This document shows, piece after piece, positions 46,730-58,151 of a stretch of 64,000 nt of DNA (positions are counted from its first letter, which is position 1; the number at the start of each line of letters is the position of its first letter). The stretch covers positions 256,001 to 320,000 of the forward strand of contig JBNKBE010000001.1 in assembly GCA_050287085.1 (NCBI GenBank), given 5' to 3'. Made by a program: the position numbers and the translations under genes. The notes beneath the pieces were generated by a model. That model ran no database searches. It was not told the DNA's origin and saw only the letters and a list, made by a program, of their open reading frames with translations. The stretch is from Polyangiaceae bacterium (GTDB lineage Bacteria > Myxococcota_A > Polyangia > Polyangiales > Polyangiaceae).

Positions 46730-48406
46730 CTAACAATTCCGCTCACTCTCGCCGGACAATGCCGCCTCGAATATGCTCAAAACAGTCTTAACGCCGTCCC
46801 GCAAATTGGCGGACGCAAGAGCCCGGCGCAGACTGCGCCTAAGCCAGTCGCTCGTTGCCAACTGCGTGACGGCGCTGCGAAATTCTTCTTCACCTAGAGT
46901 CGAGGCGCGGCCAAGGTTCAACACCCCCGGTGCGTTCATCGCGAAGCTGTGATGGCACTCTCGCTCATTCTGCGCGATGACGATCATCGGCACCTGCAAG
47001 CTGGCCAACTCGAATACGGTCCTGCCCGCGCTCGTGATCGCGAAGTCAGACTCCGCCATGTACCGACTCAGCACCGACGTGTGGACGACAACGTCGACCT
47101 CATAGGGCAATGCCTCCGCCAGGCGTCGCACTTCGTCGACGTAGGGATAGCCAAGTCCAACCACCACCGTCAGCGAGAGCGGAAGCTCGGTGTGCCCCAG
47201 CCAGGTCAAGCAACGCCGAGTGAGATCGTTCGGATCGGTACCACCAAATAGGAGCAAAGCGCGCAGCGGACCTGTGGTGCTCGGCACGGACGGCGAAGCC
47301 GTGTAGAATTCGTCTCGTAGCACGCAGTACTGGGGCCCGCTGAATACACGTCCATCCTGGCGCGTATGCCGATCATACATCTCGTTGATGACGTAATCGG
47401 CAATCTGACTGCCCGTGCCAAGATCTTCGAAATTGACTGTTCTAATCCCCGCGGCACGAAATTGCTCCATCTCACTCTGCTCCGTGTCGAGAACGTCGCT
47501 AACGAGCAGTGCGGGTGCAAGCGCCCTAATCTGCTCCGCCTGCCTGCCTGAGGACAACTCAACGAGCGGATAGAAGCGCGCCTCTATCATCTCGCGAGCT
47601 AGGCGATGCTCCGGCTCAACGGCAAAAGACACTTGGTGATGGATCAGCCTGTCGGCGAGCGTCAATGCCCGTGACACATGCCCCAACCCCGTGGCACGAT
47701 CTCCGACGACTCGAAATAGGATGTGACGGCGCTGCAGAAAGCGTTCAGCCAGCCACCAATCAAACGCATCGTCGATATCGAGTGCCTCAGCCTTGCCGAC
47801 CTCAACGGTGCCAACGCGTTCACCAAAGCGCCCACCGCCCTTGAGTACCGAGCGCTTACATGCCACTACCCCGCCGGTCTCTCGAAACCGAGCCGGCAGC
47901 AGTTGACGGTTCTTGCGAGCCGAATACTCCGGCACCATCCGCCCGGCGTCGTCCCGTGTCCACGTGAGGTGACGATCGTCGACAACAGAAAGCACCGTAT
48001 CGAAGTCGTCGGCGCGCAGTAGCTCTATGGCCCGATCGACGGTCGCGCTCGAAAGCAGCGGGCAGGTCGCCTGCAGCGTAACTACGACCTCCGGCTCAAC
48101 ACCTTGCGCAGCAAGCTGCGCAACCGCATCTACTACAACCGCATCTAGCGTGGTCGTCCCGTCGGCGAGCGCAACGCTCCGTTCGATAACCGCTACGCCC
48201 GCTCGGCGGGCCACTTCCGCAAGCTCAGCGTCTTCGGTGGACACGTAGACGGCGTCGACACAACGCGCACCCAACGCCGCTTCGAGCACGTAGCGAAGCA
48301 GTGGTTTACCCGATAGCAGCCGTGCATTCTTGCGCGGAATGCCCACCGAGCCACCGCGGACGGGGATGATAGCCACAGCGCTCAAGTCCGTTGCACGTCG
48401 CGTCAC
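46730..48406 (-). CDS. Acylneuraminate cytidylyltransferase (NeuA/PseF) fused to a PseG/SpsG-like domain
   Basis: IIPVRGGSVGIPRKN, LQATCPL, DIDDAFD; then GLGHVSRAL, LFGGTDP, AITSAGRTVFEL. Confidence 0.88.
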   Translation of the reverse strand: MTRRATDLSAVAIIPVRGGSVGIPRKNARLLSGKPLLRYVLEAALGARCVDAVYVSTEDAELAEVARRAGVAVIERSVALADGTTTLDAVVVDAVAQLAAQGVEPEVVVTLQATCPLLSSATVDRAIELLRADDFDTVLSVVDDRHLTWTRDDAGRMVPEYSARKNRQLLPARFRETGGVVACKRSVLKGGGRFGERVGTVEVGKAEALDIDDAFDWWLAERFLQRRHILFRVVGDRATGLGHVSRALTLADRLIHHQVSFAVEPEHRLAREMIEARFYPLVELSSGRQAEQIRALAPALLVSDVLDTEQSEMEQFRAAGIRTVNFEDLGTGSQIADYVINEMYDRHTRQDGRVFSGPQYCVLRDEFYTASPSVPSTTGPLRALLLFGGTDPNDLTRRCLTWLGHTELPLSLTVVVGLGYPYVDEVRRLAEALPYEVDVVVHTSVLSRYMAESDFAITSAGRTVFELASLQVPMIVIAQNERECHHSFAMNAPGVLNLGRASTLGEEEFRSAVTQLATSDWLRRSLRRALASANLRDGVKTVLSIFEAALSGESERNC

Positions 48407-48482
48407 TGTCGGTCAGTAGCCTAGCGCTCATCGCCTGTACAAGCCAAACGCGTCCGGGCCCAGCAGGCCTGCGAGCCGTCGC

Positions 48483-48707
48483 CTACTTGCGCAGCAGGTT
48501 TTCAGCGGGAACCGGAACATCAGCATGCCGCTCCAGCCCGGTAGACTTTTCTTTGCACTGAGCCTGCTTCTCCGGACTGCAGGTACAGGCTTCTCCCCCC
48601 ACGCCCCCGCAAGAGCCCTGAAGGCGACGGCCACTGAGCAGTACGCCTACCGCCATGGCCCCCACGGCCGCTACGAAAACCAATAGGGTGAGAAAGAACG
48701 TTGCCAT
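48483..48707 (-). CDS. nqrM: Na+-NQR maturation protein NqrM (DUF539)
   Basis: TM helix, MAVGV..LQGSCGG..CTC..C; follows apbE. Confidence 0.8.
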   Translation of the reverse strand: MATFFLTLLVFVAAVGAMAVGVLLSGRRLQGSCGGVGGEACTCSPEKQAQCKEKSTGLERHADVPVPAENLLRK

Positions 48708-48892
48708 ACCAATCACTTCGCGCGCTTCGTCGCTCGGAGCGTCACCGCACTAGCGAGTGTCTACATCCTAGGAAGCGAGCCCAGCCAGGGCAAGGGCTCC
48801 ATCTCCGTGACACGGTCCCCTGCCGCGGGCGATGTGGCACAAGGCGCCGTTGGCGATCTGTTCCCAGCGGATTTCTGTCCCGGCACTTGGCG

Positions 48893-49963
48893 TCATTGCG
48901 TGCCAAATCGCTCGTCAAAGCGCCTGGAGGTTAGCGGCTTGAAGTGGCCCGGGCTCTCGCGCACGAGCAGCAATACGGCAAGACCGCGATCGTTAGCGAA
49001 GTCCAGAGCAGCCTTCGGCCCGAGCACGTTGAGCGCCGTCGCGTAGCCATCGGCCCACATCGCGCTCTCATGAACGACGGTGACGGAGGCGAGGTGATGT
49101 TTGATCGGATACCCTGAACGAGCGTCGATGGTATGCGAAATGCGCTCTCCCTCCCGCTCGTAGTAGTTGCGGTAGTCCCCCGACGTGGCCACTGCCTCCT
49201 CCTTCAGCGAAAGCGCCCGGAAGGTGCTGCGTCGGGCCTCGTCCGGCACCTCGATTCCAATCTTGAAGGGGCCGTCACGCTTGCTACCGCGCGCCCGGAT
49301 CTCCCCCCCGATCTCGACGAGAGTGTTGGTAAAACCCCGTCCGAAGAGAAACTCCGAAACCCGATCGCAGGCGTAGCCCTTCGCGATGGCGCTCAGGTCC
49401 ACCTCCAAGCCGGCGATCGCCTTGCTCAGCGTTCCGCCGACCTGATCGATCGCAAGCTTGCGGTAGTCCACCCGGCGCCGTGCAGCGCTCAACGCCTCGT
49501 CCGCCGGGGCTTCGATCTGTGCGCCTGAGCCAAAGCCCCAGAGCGCCACCAGGGGCCGGACTGTGACGTCAAAAGCCCCACCCGACTGCTCCGCAATCAC
49601 CTGGGCGGCGCTTGCCACCTCAAGCGTTTCGGCCGATACCGGAAAGGGTCTTTCCTCCGGTGCCCGATTGAAGCGCGACAGCTCCGACCCCGGACGGTAG
49701 GTGCTCATGAGATCTTCAAGACGCTCGAGCTCCTGGTGAACAGCAACCTGCAACGCTTCGCGCTGAGTCCCATCCAGACGCGTTCGAGCGATGAGCACAG
49801 AAAACGTGGTGCCCATCGTCTTGCCAGCCAAGGTGACTGTCCCAAGGCTGCCACTTTCCGTCCGATAGATGCGAAAGTAGGAAAGCGCGATCAATGCAAG
49901 GAGCGCAAACGGCAGCAGTCGCTTCGCCCGCGGTGAGAGCCCCCCCGGCGGTGCGCCCTTCAC
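48893..49963 (-). CDS. apbE: FAD:protein FMN transferase
   Basis: GKTMGT, GAFDVTV, DLSAIAKGY, VEIGGE, ATSGDYR, ADGYATAL. Confidence 0.95.
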   Translation of the reverse strand: MKGAPPGGLSPRAKRLLPFALLALIALSYFRIYRTESGSLGTVTLAGKTMGTTFSVLIARTRLDGTQREALQVAVHQELERLEDLMSTYRPGSELSRFNRAPEERPFPVSAETLEVASAAQVIAEQSGGAFDVTVRPLVALWGFGSGAQIEAPADEALSAARRRVDYRKLAIDQVGGTLSKAIAGLEVDLSAIAKGYACDRVSEFLFGRGFTNTLVEIGGEIRARGSKRDGPFKIGIEVPDEARRSTFRALSLKEEAVATSGDYRNYYEREGERISHTIDARSGYPIKHHLASVTVVHESAMWADGYATALNVLGPKAALDFANDRGLAVLLLVRESPGHFKPLTSRRFDERFGTQ

Positions 49964-50032
49964 CTCACCCCCCTGCGACAGCGCTCGAGGGGACGTCCGA
50001 CGTCTCGCTGGGAAACGCCGGACCTCACCACC

Positions 50033-51259
50033 TCAGCCGCCGAAGTCGTCGAAGAGGATGTTCTCACGCTCCACACCGAGGTCGAGCAACATGTTGATCA
50101 CCGCATCGTTCATCATCGGTGGACCGCACAGATAGTACTCGCAGTCCTCCGGTGCGGGGTGATTCTTCAAGTACTCGTCATGCAAGACCTGATGGATGAA
50201 CCCCTTGTAGCCGGTCCAGTTGTCCTCTGGCAGTGGCGAACTCAGCGCAACATGCCACTTGAAGTTGTCGTTCTTGGCTTGGATCTCGTCGAAGTCCTCA
50301 ACGTAGAAGGCTTCACGCAAGCTGCGCGCGCCGTACCAGAAGCTGACCTTGCGCTTGGTATGAATGCGCTTGAACAGGTCGAAGATATGCGAGCGCATCG
50401 GCGCCATTCCAGCGCCGCCACCGACGAATACCATCTCGTTGTCGGTGTCGCGGGCGAAGAACTCGCCGAAGGGCCCCGATATCGTCACTTCATCGCCTGG
50501 CTTCAGGCTGAAGATGTACGAAGACATGATTCCGGGAGGAGCATCAGGAAGCTTCGGCGGCGGCGTTGCAATACGCACGTTGAGCATGATGATGCCCTCT
50601 TCGATGGGCGAGTTTGCCATCGAATACGCGCGCGTAACGCTCTCCTCAACCTTCGAGACGTAGCGCCAAAGATCGAACTTATCCCAATCTTCGCGGTACT
50701 GCTCCTCGATATCGAAGTCCTTGTAGTAAGCCGTGTGAGGCGGACACTCGATCTGAATGTACCCCCCCGCGCGAAACGGTACCGCTTCGCCTGGCGGCAG
50801 CTCCAAAACAAACTCCTTGATGAAGGTTGCAACGTTGTTGTTGGAGCGAACCTTGCACTGCCACTTTCGAACGCTGAAGATCTCTGGCTCGAGCTCGATC
50901 TTCATGTCCTGCTTCACTTTGACCTGACAGGACAGGCGGCAGCCTTCGCGGGCTTCGCCACGAGACACATGACCGAGCTCGGTCGGGAGAATGGCCCCCC
51001 CACCCTCGTGTACGTGCACCTTGCAAACGCCACAACTGCCCTTGCCTCCGCACGCCGAGGGAATGAAGATCTTGTTGGCTGAAAGTGTATTGAGCAGGGT
51101 GCTTCCGGCCGCGGTCCTCAGCGCCTTGGTGGGGTCATCATTGATGATGATCGTCACATCGCCGCTGGAGACCAGCTTCGCCTTCGCGAACATCAAGACC
51201 GCGACTAGGGCCAGGATGAGGACCGTAAAGCCCACTACTCCGAGTAGAATCGTTTCCAT
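50033..51259 (-). CDS. nqrF: Na+-translocating NADH:quinone reductase subunit F
   Basis: [48 protein letters not shown]. Confidence 0.98.
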   Translation of the reverse strand: METILLGVVGFTVLILALVAVLMFAKAKLVSSGDVTIIINDDPTKALRTAAGSTLLNTLSANKIFIPSACGGKGSCGVCKVHVHEGGGAILPTELGHVSRGEAREGCRLSCQVKVKQDMKIELEPEIFSVRKWQCKVRSNNNVATFIKEFVLELPPGEAVPFRAGGYIQIECPPHTAYYKDFDIEEQYREDWDKFDLWRYVSKVEESVTRAYSMANSPIEEGIIMLNVRIATPPPKLPDAPPGIMSSYIFSLKPGDEVTISGPFGEFFARDTDNEMVFVGGGAGMAPMRSHIFDLFKRIHTKRKVSFWYGARSLREAFYVEDFDEIQAKNDNFKWHVALSSPLPEDNWTGYKGFIHQVLHDEYLKNHPAPEDCEYYLCGPPMMNDAVINMLLDLGVERENILFDDFGG

Positions 51260-51298
51260 CAGTACTGTCGTAGAAAGATAGGGGGAGGGGTTGTACGG

Positions 51299-51910
51299 CT
51301 AGAGCTGAATGCCCGAAAAAGCCATGAAGCCGATGCTCATGAGCCCAACCACGACAAACGTGATCCCGAGCCCACGCAAAGGAGCGGGAACGTCGCTGTA
51401 ACGCAGCTTCTCACGGATCGCTGCGAGGGTCGCGATGGCCAGCAGCCAGCCAAAGCCGGAACCGACGCCAAACACAACGCTCTCACCGAAGCTGTAGTCA
51501 CGCTCCGTCATGAACAGCGAAGCGCCAAGGATCGCACAGTTGACGGCGATGAGCGGAAGAAACACGCCCAGGGCGTTGTAGAGCGCCGGCGCAAAGCGAT
51601 CGAGCGCCATTTCGACGATCTGCACGGTCGCCGCAATGGTGCCGATCAGCGTCAAAAAGGACAGGAAGGAGAGGTCTACGCCTTCCAGCCCGAAGGCGTC
51701 GAGCGCGCCAGGTTTGATCAGAGAGGCGTACAACACCTGGTTCAGCGGGCAGGTAACACCCAGCACGAACACAACGGCTGCACCCAGGCCGATCGCGGTA
51801 TCAACCTTCTTGGAGACGGCTAGAAAAGAGCACATCCCCAGGAAGAAGGCCAATGCCATGTTTTCAACGAAGATCGCCTTCGTGGCTAAGCTCAAGTAAT
51901 GCTCCAGCAC
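51299..51910 (-). CDS. nqrE: Na+-NQR subunit E
   Basis: [34 protein letters not shown]. Confidence 0.97.
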   Translation of the reverse strand: MLEHYLSLATKAIFVENMALAFFLGMCSFLAVSKKVDTAIGLGAAVVFVLGVTCPLNQVLYASLIKPGALDAFGLEGVDLSFLSFLTLIGTIAATVQIVEMALDRFAPALYNALGVFLPLIAVNCAILGASLFMTERDYSFGESVVFGVGSGFGWLLAIATLAAIREKLRYSDVPAPLRGLGITFVVVGLMSIGFMAFSGIQL

Positions 51911-52535
51911 TGAAGTCCTCCTCTACCTGTTCGGGTTTCTTGGAACGTAGGACCCAGATGAAGACGCCAATCAAGAAGAAGGCGGCTGGGGCCAAAACCA
52001 TCAGACCATTGGGCGTGTACCATCCGCCCTCAGTTACGGGCTTGAGCACGGTCATGCCGAAGACCTTGCCCGTGCCGAATAGCTCACGGAAGAATGCCAC
52101 TACCATCAGAACCAGACCGTAGCCGAGGCCATTGCCCACGCCGTCGATAGCGCTGAGCCCCGGTGGGTTCTGCATGGCAAACGCCTCCGCGCGTCCCATC
52201 ACAATGCAGTTGGTGATGATGAGACCTACGAAAACGCTCAGCTGCTTGCTGATGTCGTAGACGAAGGCCTTGAGCACCTGGTCGGTGATAATCACCAGCG
52301 ACGCAATAATGCTCAGCTGAACGATGATACGAATACTCGGCGGGATCAGATTGCGAATCAAACTGATCGCGACATTGGATAGCGCTGTGACCGCAGTCAC
52401 GGCGAGCGTCATGACAAACGCCGTCTCCATCTTTGTCGTCACCGCCAACGCTGAGCAGATGCCGAGCACCTGCAGCGCGATGGGGTTGTTGTTGGTTAGC
52501 GGATCTAGGAGCGCTTCTCGGGTTGCCTTATTCAT
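51864..52535 (-). CDS. nqrD: Na+-NQR subunit D
   Basis: [35 protein letters not shown]. Confidence 0.97.
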   Translation of the reverse strand: MNKATREALLDPLTNNNPIALQVLGICSALAVTTKMETAFVMTLAVTAVTALSNVAISLIRNLIPPSIRIIVQLSIIASLVIITDQVLKAFVYDISKQLSVFVGLIITNCIVMGRAEAFAMQNPPGLSAIDGVGNGLGYGLVLMVVAFFRELFGTGKVFGMTVLKPVTEGGWYTPNGLMVLAPAAFFLIGVFIWVLRSKKPEQVEEDFSAGALLELSHEGDLR

Positions 52536-52553
52536 GCTGCGATCTCCTCGAAA

Positions 52554-53396
52554 CTATTTCCGATACGAATCCACCGAAGGGTGGTTCGCGGGAAGCTCAA
52601 GCGAACGTGGGCGGGCAGCGGACGCGGACGTGCCTTTCTGCCGCTGGATGTAGGGACCGAAACCGTTCTTGCCGAGCCAAAACTGTACGAGATGGGTCAC
52701 CCCGCGGCTCGTAAGCGTAGCTCCGGAAAGACCGTCAACGTGGAAGGGATCCTCTGCTGGGGTCCCAGCCTGGCCCTTTTTAACCTCGATCTTCGGGGTA
52801 CCGTCGGGGCCGAAGGCCTTGCGGTCCGGCCACAACCCCTTCCAGCGAGGATTGTCAACCTCGCCGCCGAGACCAGGCGTCTCGCCGTGCTCGTAGAAGG
52901 TGATGCCGCGAATGGTGGCTAGATCCGCATCCACAGCGAGGTAGCCATAGAGCGTGGACCACAATCCTTTTCCTTCGATGGGAAAGATGTAGGTGGCCGT
53001 CTTGCCATCCTTCTCGAGACGATAGACAAGCGCGTGCTTGGGCAAACGAAGGACCTTCGCCGGGTTCTCGGGGGCCTCGACGCTGGCAGCCGGGTCGGCC
53101 TTCGCCGCCTGCTGATCGAACGTCGCAACGTCCACGTCCGGACTTGGTGCGCCCGTACTCAGTTCGATGACTTCGGGCTTGATGTTCTGCTCATAGCGAG
53201 AACGCACTTCGTCGGGGGTGAGTTTCTCCCCTTCCTCGAGTAGTCCCGCTACCCCCAGCACCTTCTCCTGCCGGTCGAGCACCTTGTTTTCGGCCTGACG
53301 CTCGCGCAACAACACGGCGGACCCAGCCACGAAGATAGAGCAAACGACGCAGATCGTCGCCGCAAACGTAACGATGTAGCGAACACTATGCTGCAC
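52554..53396 (-). CDS. nqrC: Na+-NQR subunit C
   Basis: [27 protein letters not shown] site; GTG start at 53396. Confidence 0.96.
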   Translation of the reverse strand: MQHSVRYIVTFAATICVVCSIFVAGSAVLLRERQAENKVLDRQEKVLGVAGLLEEGEKLTPDEVRSRYEQNIKPEVIELSTGAPSPDVDVATFDQQAAKADPAASVEAPENPAKVLRLPKHALVYRLEKDGKTATYIFPIEGKGLWSTLYGYLAVDADLATIRGITFYEHGETPGLGGEVDNPRWKGLWPDRKAFGPDGTPKIEVKKGQAGTPAEDPFHVDGLSGATLTSRGVTHLVQFWLGKNGFGPYIQRQKGTSASAARPRSLELPANHPSVDSYRK

Positions 53397-54609
53397 TGCG
53401 CGCGAGCCTCCGTTTGATATTTGCCTGAACAACGAAGTGGTCGATGAGCGGCGCAAACATATTCATGAACAAGATGGCGAGCATCATGCCCTCCGGATAG
53501 GCCGGATTCACCACGCGAACCAACACCACCATGATGCCGATGCCGAGTCCGTAGCAAAACTTGCCGATGTCGGTGAACGCCGAAGAAACCGGGTCGGTGG
53601 CCATGAAGACGGCGCCGAAAGCCCAGCCACCCAGAACGACGTGCCACTGAAACGGCACGGCGAACATCGGGTTCGTGTCCGAACCGACGCTGTTCAACAA
53701 TAGTGACATGGCAAGCGTGCCCGCGGCGACGCCGACCATCGTGCGCCACGAGCCGACGCCAGTCGCGACGAGCACCACCGCACCCAGCAAGCACGCCAAG
53801 GTTGAGGTCTCTCCCATGGAGCCCGGGATGAACCCCAGGAATGCCTGCTTCCACGCCTCACCATCGGCGAAGTTGATGGCATCAACCGCCGACGCCGCCT
53901 GCCCCAACAACGTTGCGCCACTGAGGCCGTCGATGCCGGAGAAGTCGGCCGCAATCCACGCTTGATCACCGCTGATGGCAGCGGGATAGGCAAAGAATAG
54001 GAAGGCCCGCGCCGTGAGCGCGGGGTTCAGAAAGTTCATCCCGACGCCGCCAAAAACCTCTTTGGCGAACACCACGCCGAAAGCAACACCGAGCGCTGCC
54101 TGCCAGAGTGGCATGGTGGGTGGTAGCGTTAGCGGCAGCAGCGCGCCCGTCACCAAGAAGCCTTCCGTTATTTCGTGACCGCGGGCAACGCAGAAGGCGA
54201 CTTCAATGTTGCCGCCGACGAACATAATGACCGCATAAAGCGGCAGGAAGTACAGCGCCCCGTGCACCATATTGGCAACGAAGTCACCCGGGTCGTTCAG
54301 GGAAAAACCCAACGCTGAGAAGAGATTCGTCTGCCAGTCGTCGAGGGGCTTGGCCCCGGCCGCGATGGCCTGGTGGGCTTGAAAGCCAGTGTTATACAGC
54401 GCCATCAACATGCACGGAAGTAGCGCGAGCACCACCATGATCATCATGCGCTTCTGATCGATTCCGTCGCGCACGTGCGAAGAGCTCTTCGTCACCTGGC
54501 CCGGCGTGAATAGAAACGTGTCAATACCCTCGTACAGAGGGTAGAGCTTCTCGTACTTGCCGCCCTTTTCGAAAAGCGGCGCCAACTTATCCAACTGCTC
54601 CCGCAGCAT
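53386..54609 (-). CDS. nqrB: Na+-NQR subunit B
   Basis: [42 protein letters not shown]. Confidence 0.97.
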   Translation of the reverse strand: MLREQLDKLAPLFEKGGKYEKLYPLYEGIDTFLFTPGQVTKSSSHVRDGIDQKRMMIMVVLALLPCMLMALYNTGFQAHQAIAAGAKPLDDWQTNLFSALGFSLNDPGDFVANMVHGALYFLPLYAVIMFVGGNIEVAFCVARGHEITEGFLVTGALLPLTLPPTMPLWQAALGVAFGVVFAKEVFGGVGMNFLNPALTARAFLFFAYPAAISGDQAWIAADFSGIDGLSGATLLGQAASAVDAINFADGEAWKQAFLGFIPGSMGETSTLACLLGAVVLVATGVGSWRTMVGVAAGTLAMSLLLNSVGSDTNPMFAVPFQWHVVLGGWAFGAVFMATDPVSSAFTDIGKFCYGLGIGIMVVLVRVVNPAYPEGMMLAILFMNMFAPLIDHFVVQANIKRRLARSAA

Positions 54610-55988
54610 CAGCCTTCCTCCTCAATGGTTTGGAGGTTCTTGCGGAGAATGAGACCGTAGTTGGTCTTCCCCGGACATACGAATGTGCAAAGCGCGAGGT
54701 CTTCCTCGTCGAGCTCAAGCGCTCCCAATTGCTCCGCCCGTTCGGTGTCACCCACCGCAAGGGCACGCAGCAAAAAGGTGGGCAGGATGTCCATCGGCAT
54801 TACCTTCTCGTACATGCCCAGCGGGACCATGTGTCGAGGCGAGCCGTGGGTGGTGGTCGTGAACCCGAACTTCTTGGGTCCAAACAGCTTCGAAACGAAA
54901 AGCGGCAGCACCGAGAACGTGTTTGCACCGGGCGCTAGCCAGCCGAGAAGTTCGCGCTTCGTGCCTTCTTCCAACACGCTGATCTGCTGGTGGAAGCGCC
55001 CGAGGTAGCCGAAAGTCTCGCCGTTGGCCTTCTTGCCGCTCAGAACCGAGCCGCTGATTACGCGGTAAGAGCTCTCTTTGCCGTCGAACTCGCCTTCGAG
55101 CACGTCGCTCAGGCTTGCCCCCAGGCGAGTCTTGACGAGGCGCGGGCGCTGAACCGGCGGCCCCGCTACCGAAACGACTCGCGTTACATCTAAGCGACCG
55201 GTCTGAAACAGCTTTCCGATCGCAATCACGTCTTGGTACCCTACGTGCCAGGCCACGCGGGTGCGGCTGACCGGGTACAACGTGTGGATGTGCAACCCGA
55301 CGGTTCCAGACGGATGCGGTCCGTCGAACTCTTCTACTGCGACGGGCGCCCCACCCGCGCCGATGCCCGAGCCAGCTCGGACGCAAAGGAACGTCGTCCC
55401 TGCCGTCAGCTTTGCGACCACCCGCAAGCCCGCAGCAAATGCGTCTGCCTCAGCGCCAATGAGCACCGCGGGATCCGGGGCCAGCGGATTGCTATCGGTG
55501 GCGGTCACGAACAACGCGCCAGGTTCGGCGTCGAGCGCCGGGGTGGTGCTGAACGGACGAGAGCGAAGGGCGGTCCATAGCCCCGCCTCATTCATGAGTT
55601 GAACGACCTCGCCGCGAGTGAGCGAGTCGATCGCCTTGCCGGAAAAGTGTTCGAAGGTGACGTGTTCGGCGGAGGCCTCCCCCGCCAACTCCCCTTCACT
55701 CAAGTGGATGACAACCGACTGCAGCGCGCGGCGAGCACCGCGATGAATTGCCACCACCTTGCCAGCGGCAGGCGCCACGAAGCGCACCCCCGCGACCTTG
55801 CGGTTCTCGAACAACAGCTGCCCGCGCGCCACCAAGTCTCCTTCTTGGACGGCCATGCGAGGCTTCATCCCGGGATAGTCGTCGGCGACGAGCGCAACGC
55901 GTTGGACGCGGGGTTCGCCTGCGAGCTGTTGGGTGGGCTCTCCTGCGATAGGCAAGTCCAAGCCTTTGGATATCTTATGCAGTGCCAT
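54609..55988 (-). CDS. nqrA: Na+-NQR subunit A
   Basis: [41 protein letters not shown]. Confidence 0.97.
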   Translation of the reverse strand: MALHKISKGLDLPIAGEPTQQLAGEPRVQRVALVADDYPGMKPRMAVQEGDLVARGQLLFENRKVAGVRFVAPAAGKVVAIHRGARRALQSVVIHLSEGELAGEASAEHVTFEHFSGKAIDSLTRGEVVQLMNEAGLWTALRSRPFSTTPALDAEPGALFVTATDSNPLAPDPAVLIGAEADAFAAGLRVVAKLTAGTTFLCVRAGSGIGAGGAPVAVEEFDGPHPSGTVGLHIHTLYPVSRTRVAWHVGYQDVIAIGKLFQTGRLDVTRVVSVAGPPVQRPRLVKTRLGASLSDVLEGEFDGKESSYRVISGSVLSGKKANGETFGYLGRFHQQISVLEEGTKRELLGWLAPGANTFSVLPLFVSKLFGPKKFGFTTTTHGSPRHMVPLGMYEKVMPMDILPTFLLRALAVGDTERAEQLGALELDEEDLALCTFVCPGKTNYGLILRKNLQTIEEEG

Positions 55989-56432
55989 TCAGTCTCTTCT
56001 AGTTGAAGGCCAAAGGGCGCCCTCCAGCCTTAGGGCGGTCAGCCATGACCGTTCGGTCGTCGATATGAGTTGAACTTACCTAAAGGAGGAACTCGATGAC
56101 GGACGGTGATCACTGAGAGGGGCACCCGGGTGCCACGGTGTGGGCAGCCATCAAAGCGGGACTGCCGACGGGCCGTGAATATTCGAAAGCGGCGGCTTTT
56201 GCCTGCGAAAAGTGTCGCATCGGAAAAAAACCCCAGGAGGATTTCGAACCGGGGGCTGAGCCCCAGACCGGGTCGAAACGACCATCTAGGTACAACTGCC
56301 TCTAGCGCCATGGGAATCGGCCAGAATCACTGGATCCACCATCGGTAGCCGGATCCGGCCCTTGGCAAGGCGAATCAGAATCAGGGCTTGAGCAACACGC
56401 ACGACCCAGCCTAGGAGCTAATTTGGAGCGTT

Positions 56433-57392
56433 ATGGTCGTCGAAAACGCAACAACAGGTCCATCCTTTGCCCCGATTTCAACGAGGAAGGTGCAACTGGC
56501 AGCGGTCCTGTGTGCCAGCCAGATGATATTCTGTGCTTGCCGCGACGAGGAAGAGCCCGGGGGGTCCGATGTCGCTGGGCGCGACGCGGCGGTCGAAATG
56601 GATCGCAGGGACGCTACGGCGGCGGACTCGAGTCCACCGAAGGCCGGCTCTGGATGCCGCGCGGAGGTGTTCGAACTCGACGGAAGTCGCAACGATTTCG
56701 AGTCCCTCGAGGGGCGCGTCGTCGATGAAGAGGGCCAGGGCGTGCCCAACACAAGCGCTCAGGCATGTGGCTCCAACGTCTGCCTGGCCTCGGAAACGGA
56801 CGCTGAGGGCAAGGTCTTGATTCGCCAGATCGAGGAACTCGAGAATCTGGCCTTCAAATACGGTGACGGTCGACGCTGGGCGCAGTTCGCGTTGGCTCTG
56901 GACGCAGGTCCCAACTACGATCTGGGCGACCAGGTGACCTTCTCACTTCCCAAGGCCGAAAGCGAGGCCCCCCTCGGAACGGGTGTGTCTCGGAGTGGGG
57001 GCGTGAAGCTCACGGTGGCTGACGAAGCAACCATAAGCTTTGCTCCGCTAACGCGGGCCGAAGATAAGGTCTTCGCTGCAGCGAGCTACTCCGGCTCGCC
57101 CTTGCCCGAGGCATTGGCCCGAGCGAAGGCTGAAATGGTGGTGTTCATAGCCCCCGCCCACGCCGAAATATGCCCTCCGGCAGAGCTATCGGTTCCCAAC
57201 GATATCGACCTCGCGCCGGGCACAGCGGTTGAGTTCATCTACCACAACACGGACGTGTTCTCTCGCTACGCGCCCTACGGCGGCAACGCCGCGGTGGCAA
57301 AAGGTCATGTCAGCGAGGACGGGAAGACGATTCTCACAGATCCTACCTCTGGACTGCCGGTCTTGGGAGCGATCGGGATCCGCCCGCGATGA
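56433..57392 (+). CDS. Hypothetical secreted/lipoprotein with carboxypeptidase-regulatory-like beta domain
   Basis: LEGRVVDEEGQGVP..TDAEG motif; possible lipobox FCAC; ATGA-coupled to the next gene; start uncertain. Confidence 0.6.
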   Translation: MVVENATTGPSFAPISTRKVQLAAVLCASQMIFCACRDEEEPGGSDVAGRDAAVEMDRRDATAADSSPPKAGSGCRAEVFELDGSRNDFESLEGRVVDEEGQGVPNTSAQACGSNVCLASETDAEGKVLIRQIEELENLAFKYGDGRRWAQFALALDAGPNYDLGDQVTFSLPKAESEAPLGTGVSRSGGVKLTVADEATISFAPLTRAEDKVFAAASYSGSPLPEALARAKAEMVVFIAPAHAEICPPAELSVPNDIDLAPGTAVEFIYHNTDVFSRYAPYGGNAAVAKGHVSEDGKTILTDPTSGLPVLGAIGIRPR

Positions 57393-58066
57393 AGCTCAGC
57401 GGGCGCCGGTCAGCGTGGGCTCATCGCGCTGCAGCCTGGGCCGCGCTCGGCCTCGCTGGCTGTGGCGTATCGGCCAACGACGAGCTGCCCGATGAGCTGC
57501 TATCCGCCCTGCGCGAAGGCCGCTCAACATCACAGTATCCAGCAGGTCCCTACGGCAAACAAGTGGGCGACACGGCAGCCAACATCTGTATAGAAGGCTG
57601 GCCAAACCCGCGTAAGTCCCGTTTTTCGGCGGACGCCCTCGAGACGATTTGCCTGGCGGACTTCTACGCTCCAGACGCAAGCAGTCCCCGTGTTCTGCTG
57701 CTCAATACTGGGGCTGTGTGGTGCACGGCGTGCCAGGTCGAATATGCCGGAACGGGCACACGGCCGAGCCTGGAGCAACACCTGGACGAGCGGCGGGAAC
57801 GCGGCCTGGACGCGCTTGGGGTGTTGTTTCAGAACGCCGATCGCGACCCGGCCCAGGCCGCCGACGCGATCGCCTGGGCCGAAGCCTTTGATGTTGGATT
57901 CCCGTTCGGAATGGACGCTCCGTTTGCGGTGGGAGCGTTTGCCGATCCGCTGGTCCAGCCGACGAGCATCGTAATCGATGCACGCACGATGAAAGTCCTC
58001 CTGCGCATCGAGGGAGACGAGCCTGCAACCCTATGGCCTTTTATCGACGCTGCGCTCGCCGAGTAG
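57389..58066 (+). CDS. Thioredoxin-like (TlpA/redoxin) lipoprotein
   Basis: Lipobox LAGC; YPAGPYG, AVWCTAC, QPTSIVID. Confidence 0.8.
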   Translation: MKLSGRRSAWAHRAAAWAALGLAGCGVSANDELPDELLSALREGRSTSQYPAGPYGKQVGDTAANICIEGWPNPRKSRFSADALETICLADFYAPDASSPRVLLLNTGAVWCTACQVEYAGTGTRPSLEQHLDERRERGLDALGVLFQNADRDPAQAADAIAWAEAFDVGFPFGMDAPFAVGAFADPLVQPTSIVIDARTMKVLLRIEGDEPATLWPFIDAALAE

Positions 58067-58151
58067 TGAGCTTGGAGCCACTCCTGGATCTACCCCTCCC
58101 AGACCGGCGCGACGCAGCAGCTCGTGTAGAACCGGTTGTTTGTGGGTGCCG

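Noticed and set aside
50159..51082. 307-aa plus-strand ORF
   Set aside because: Antisense shadow of nqrF
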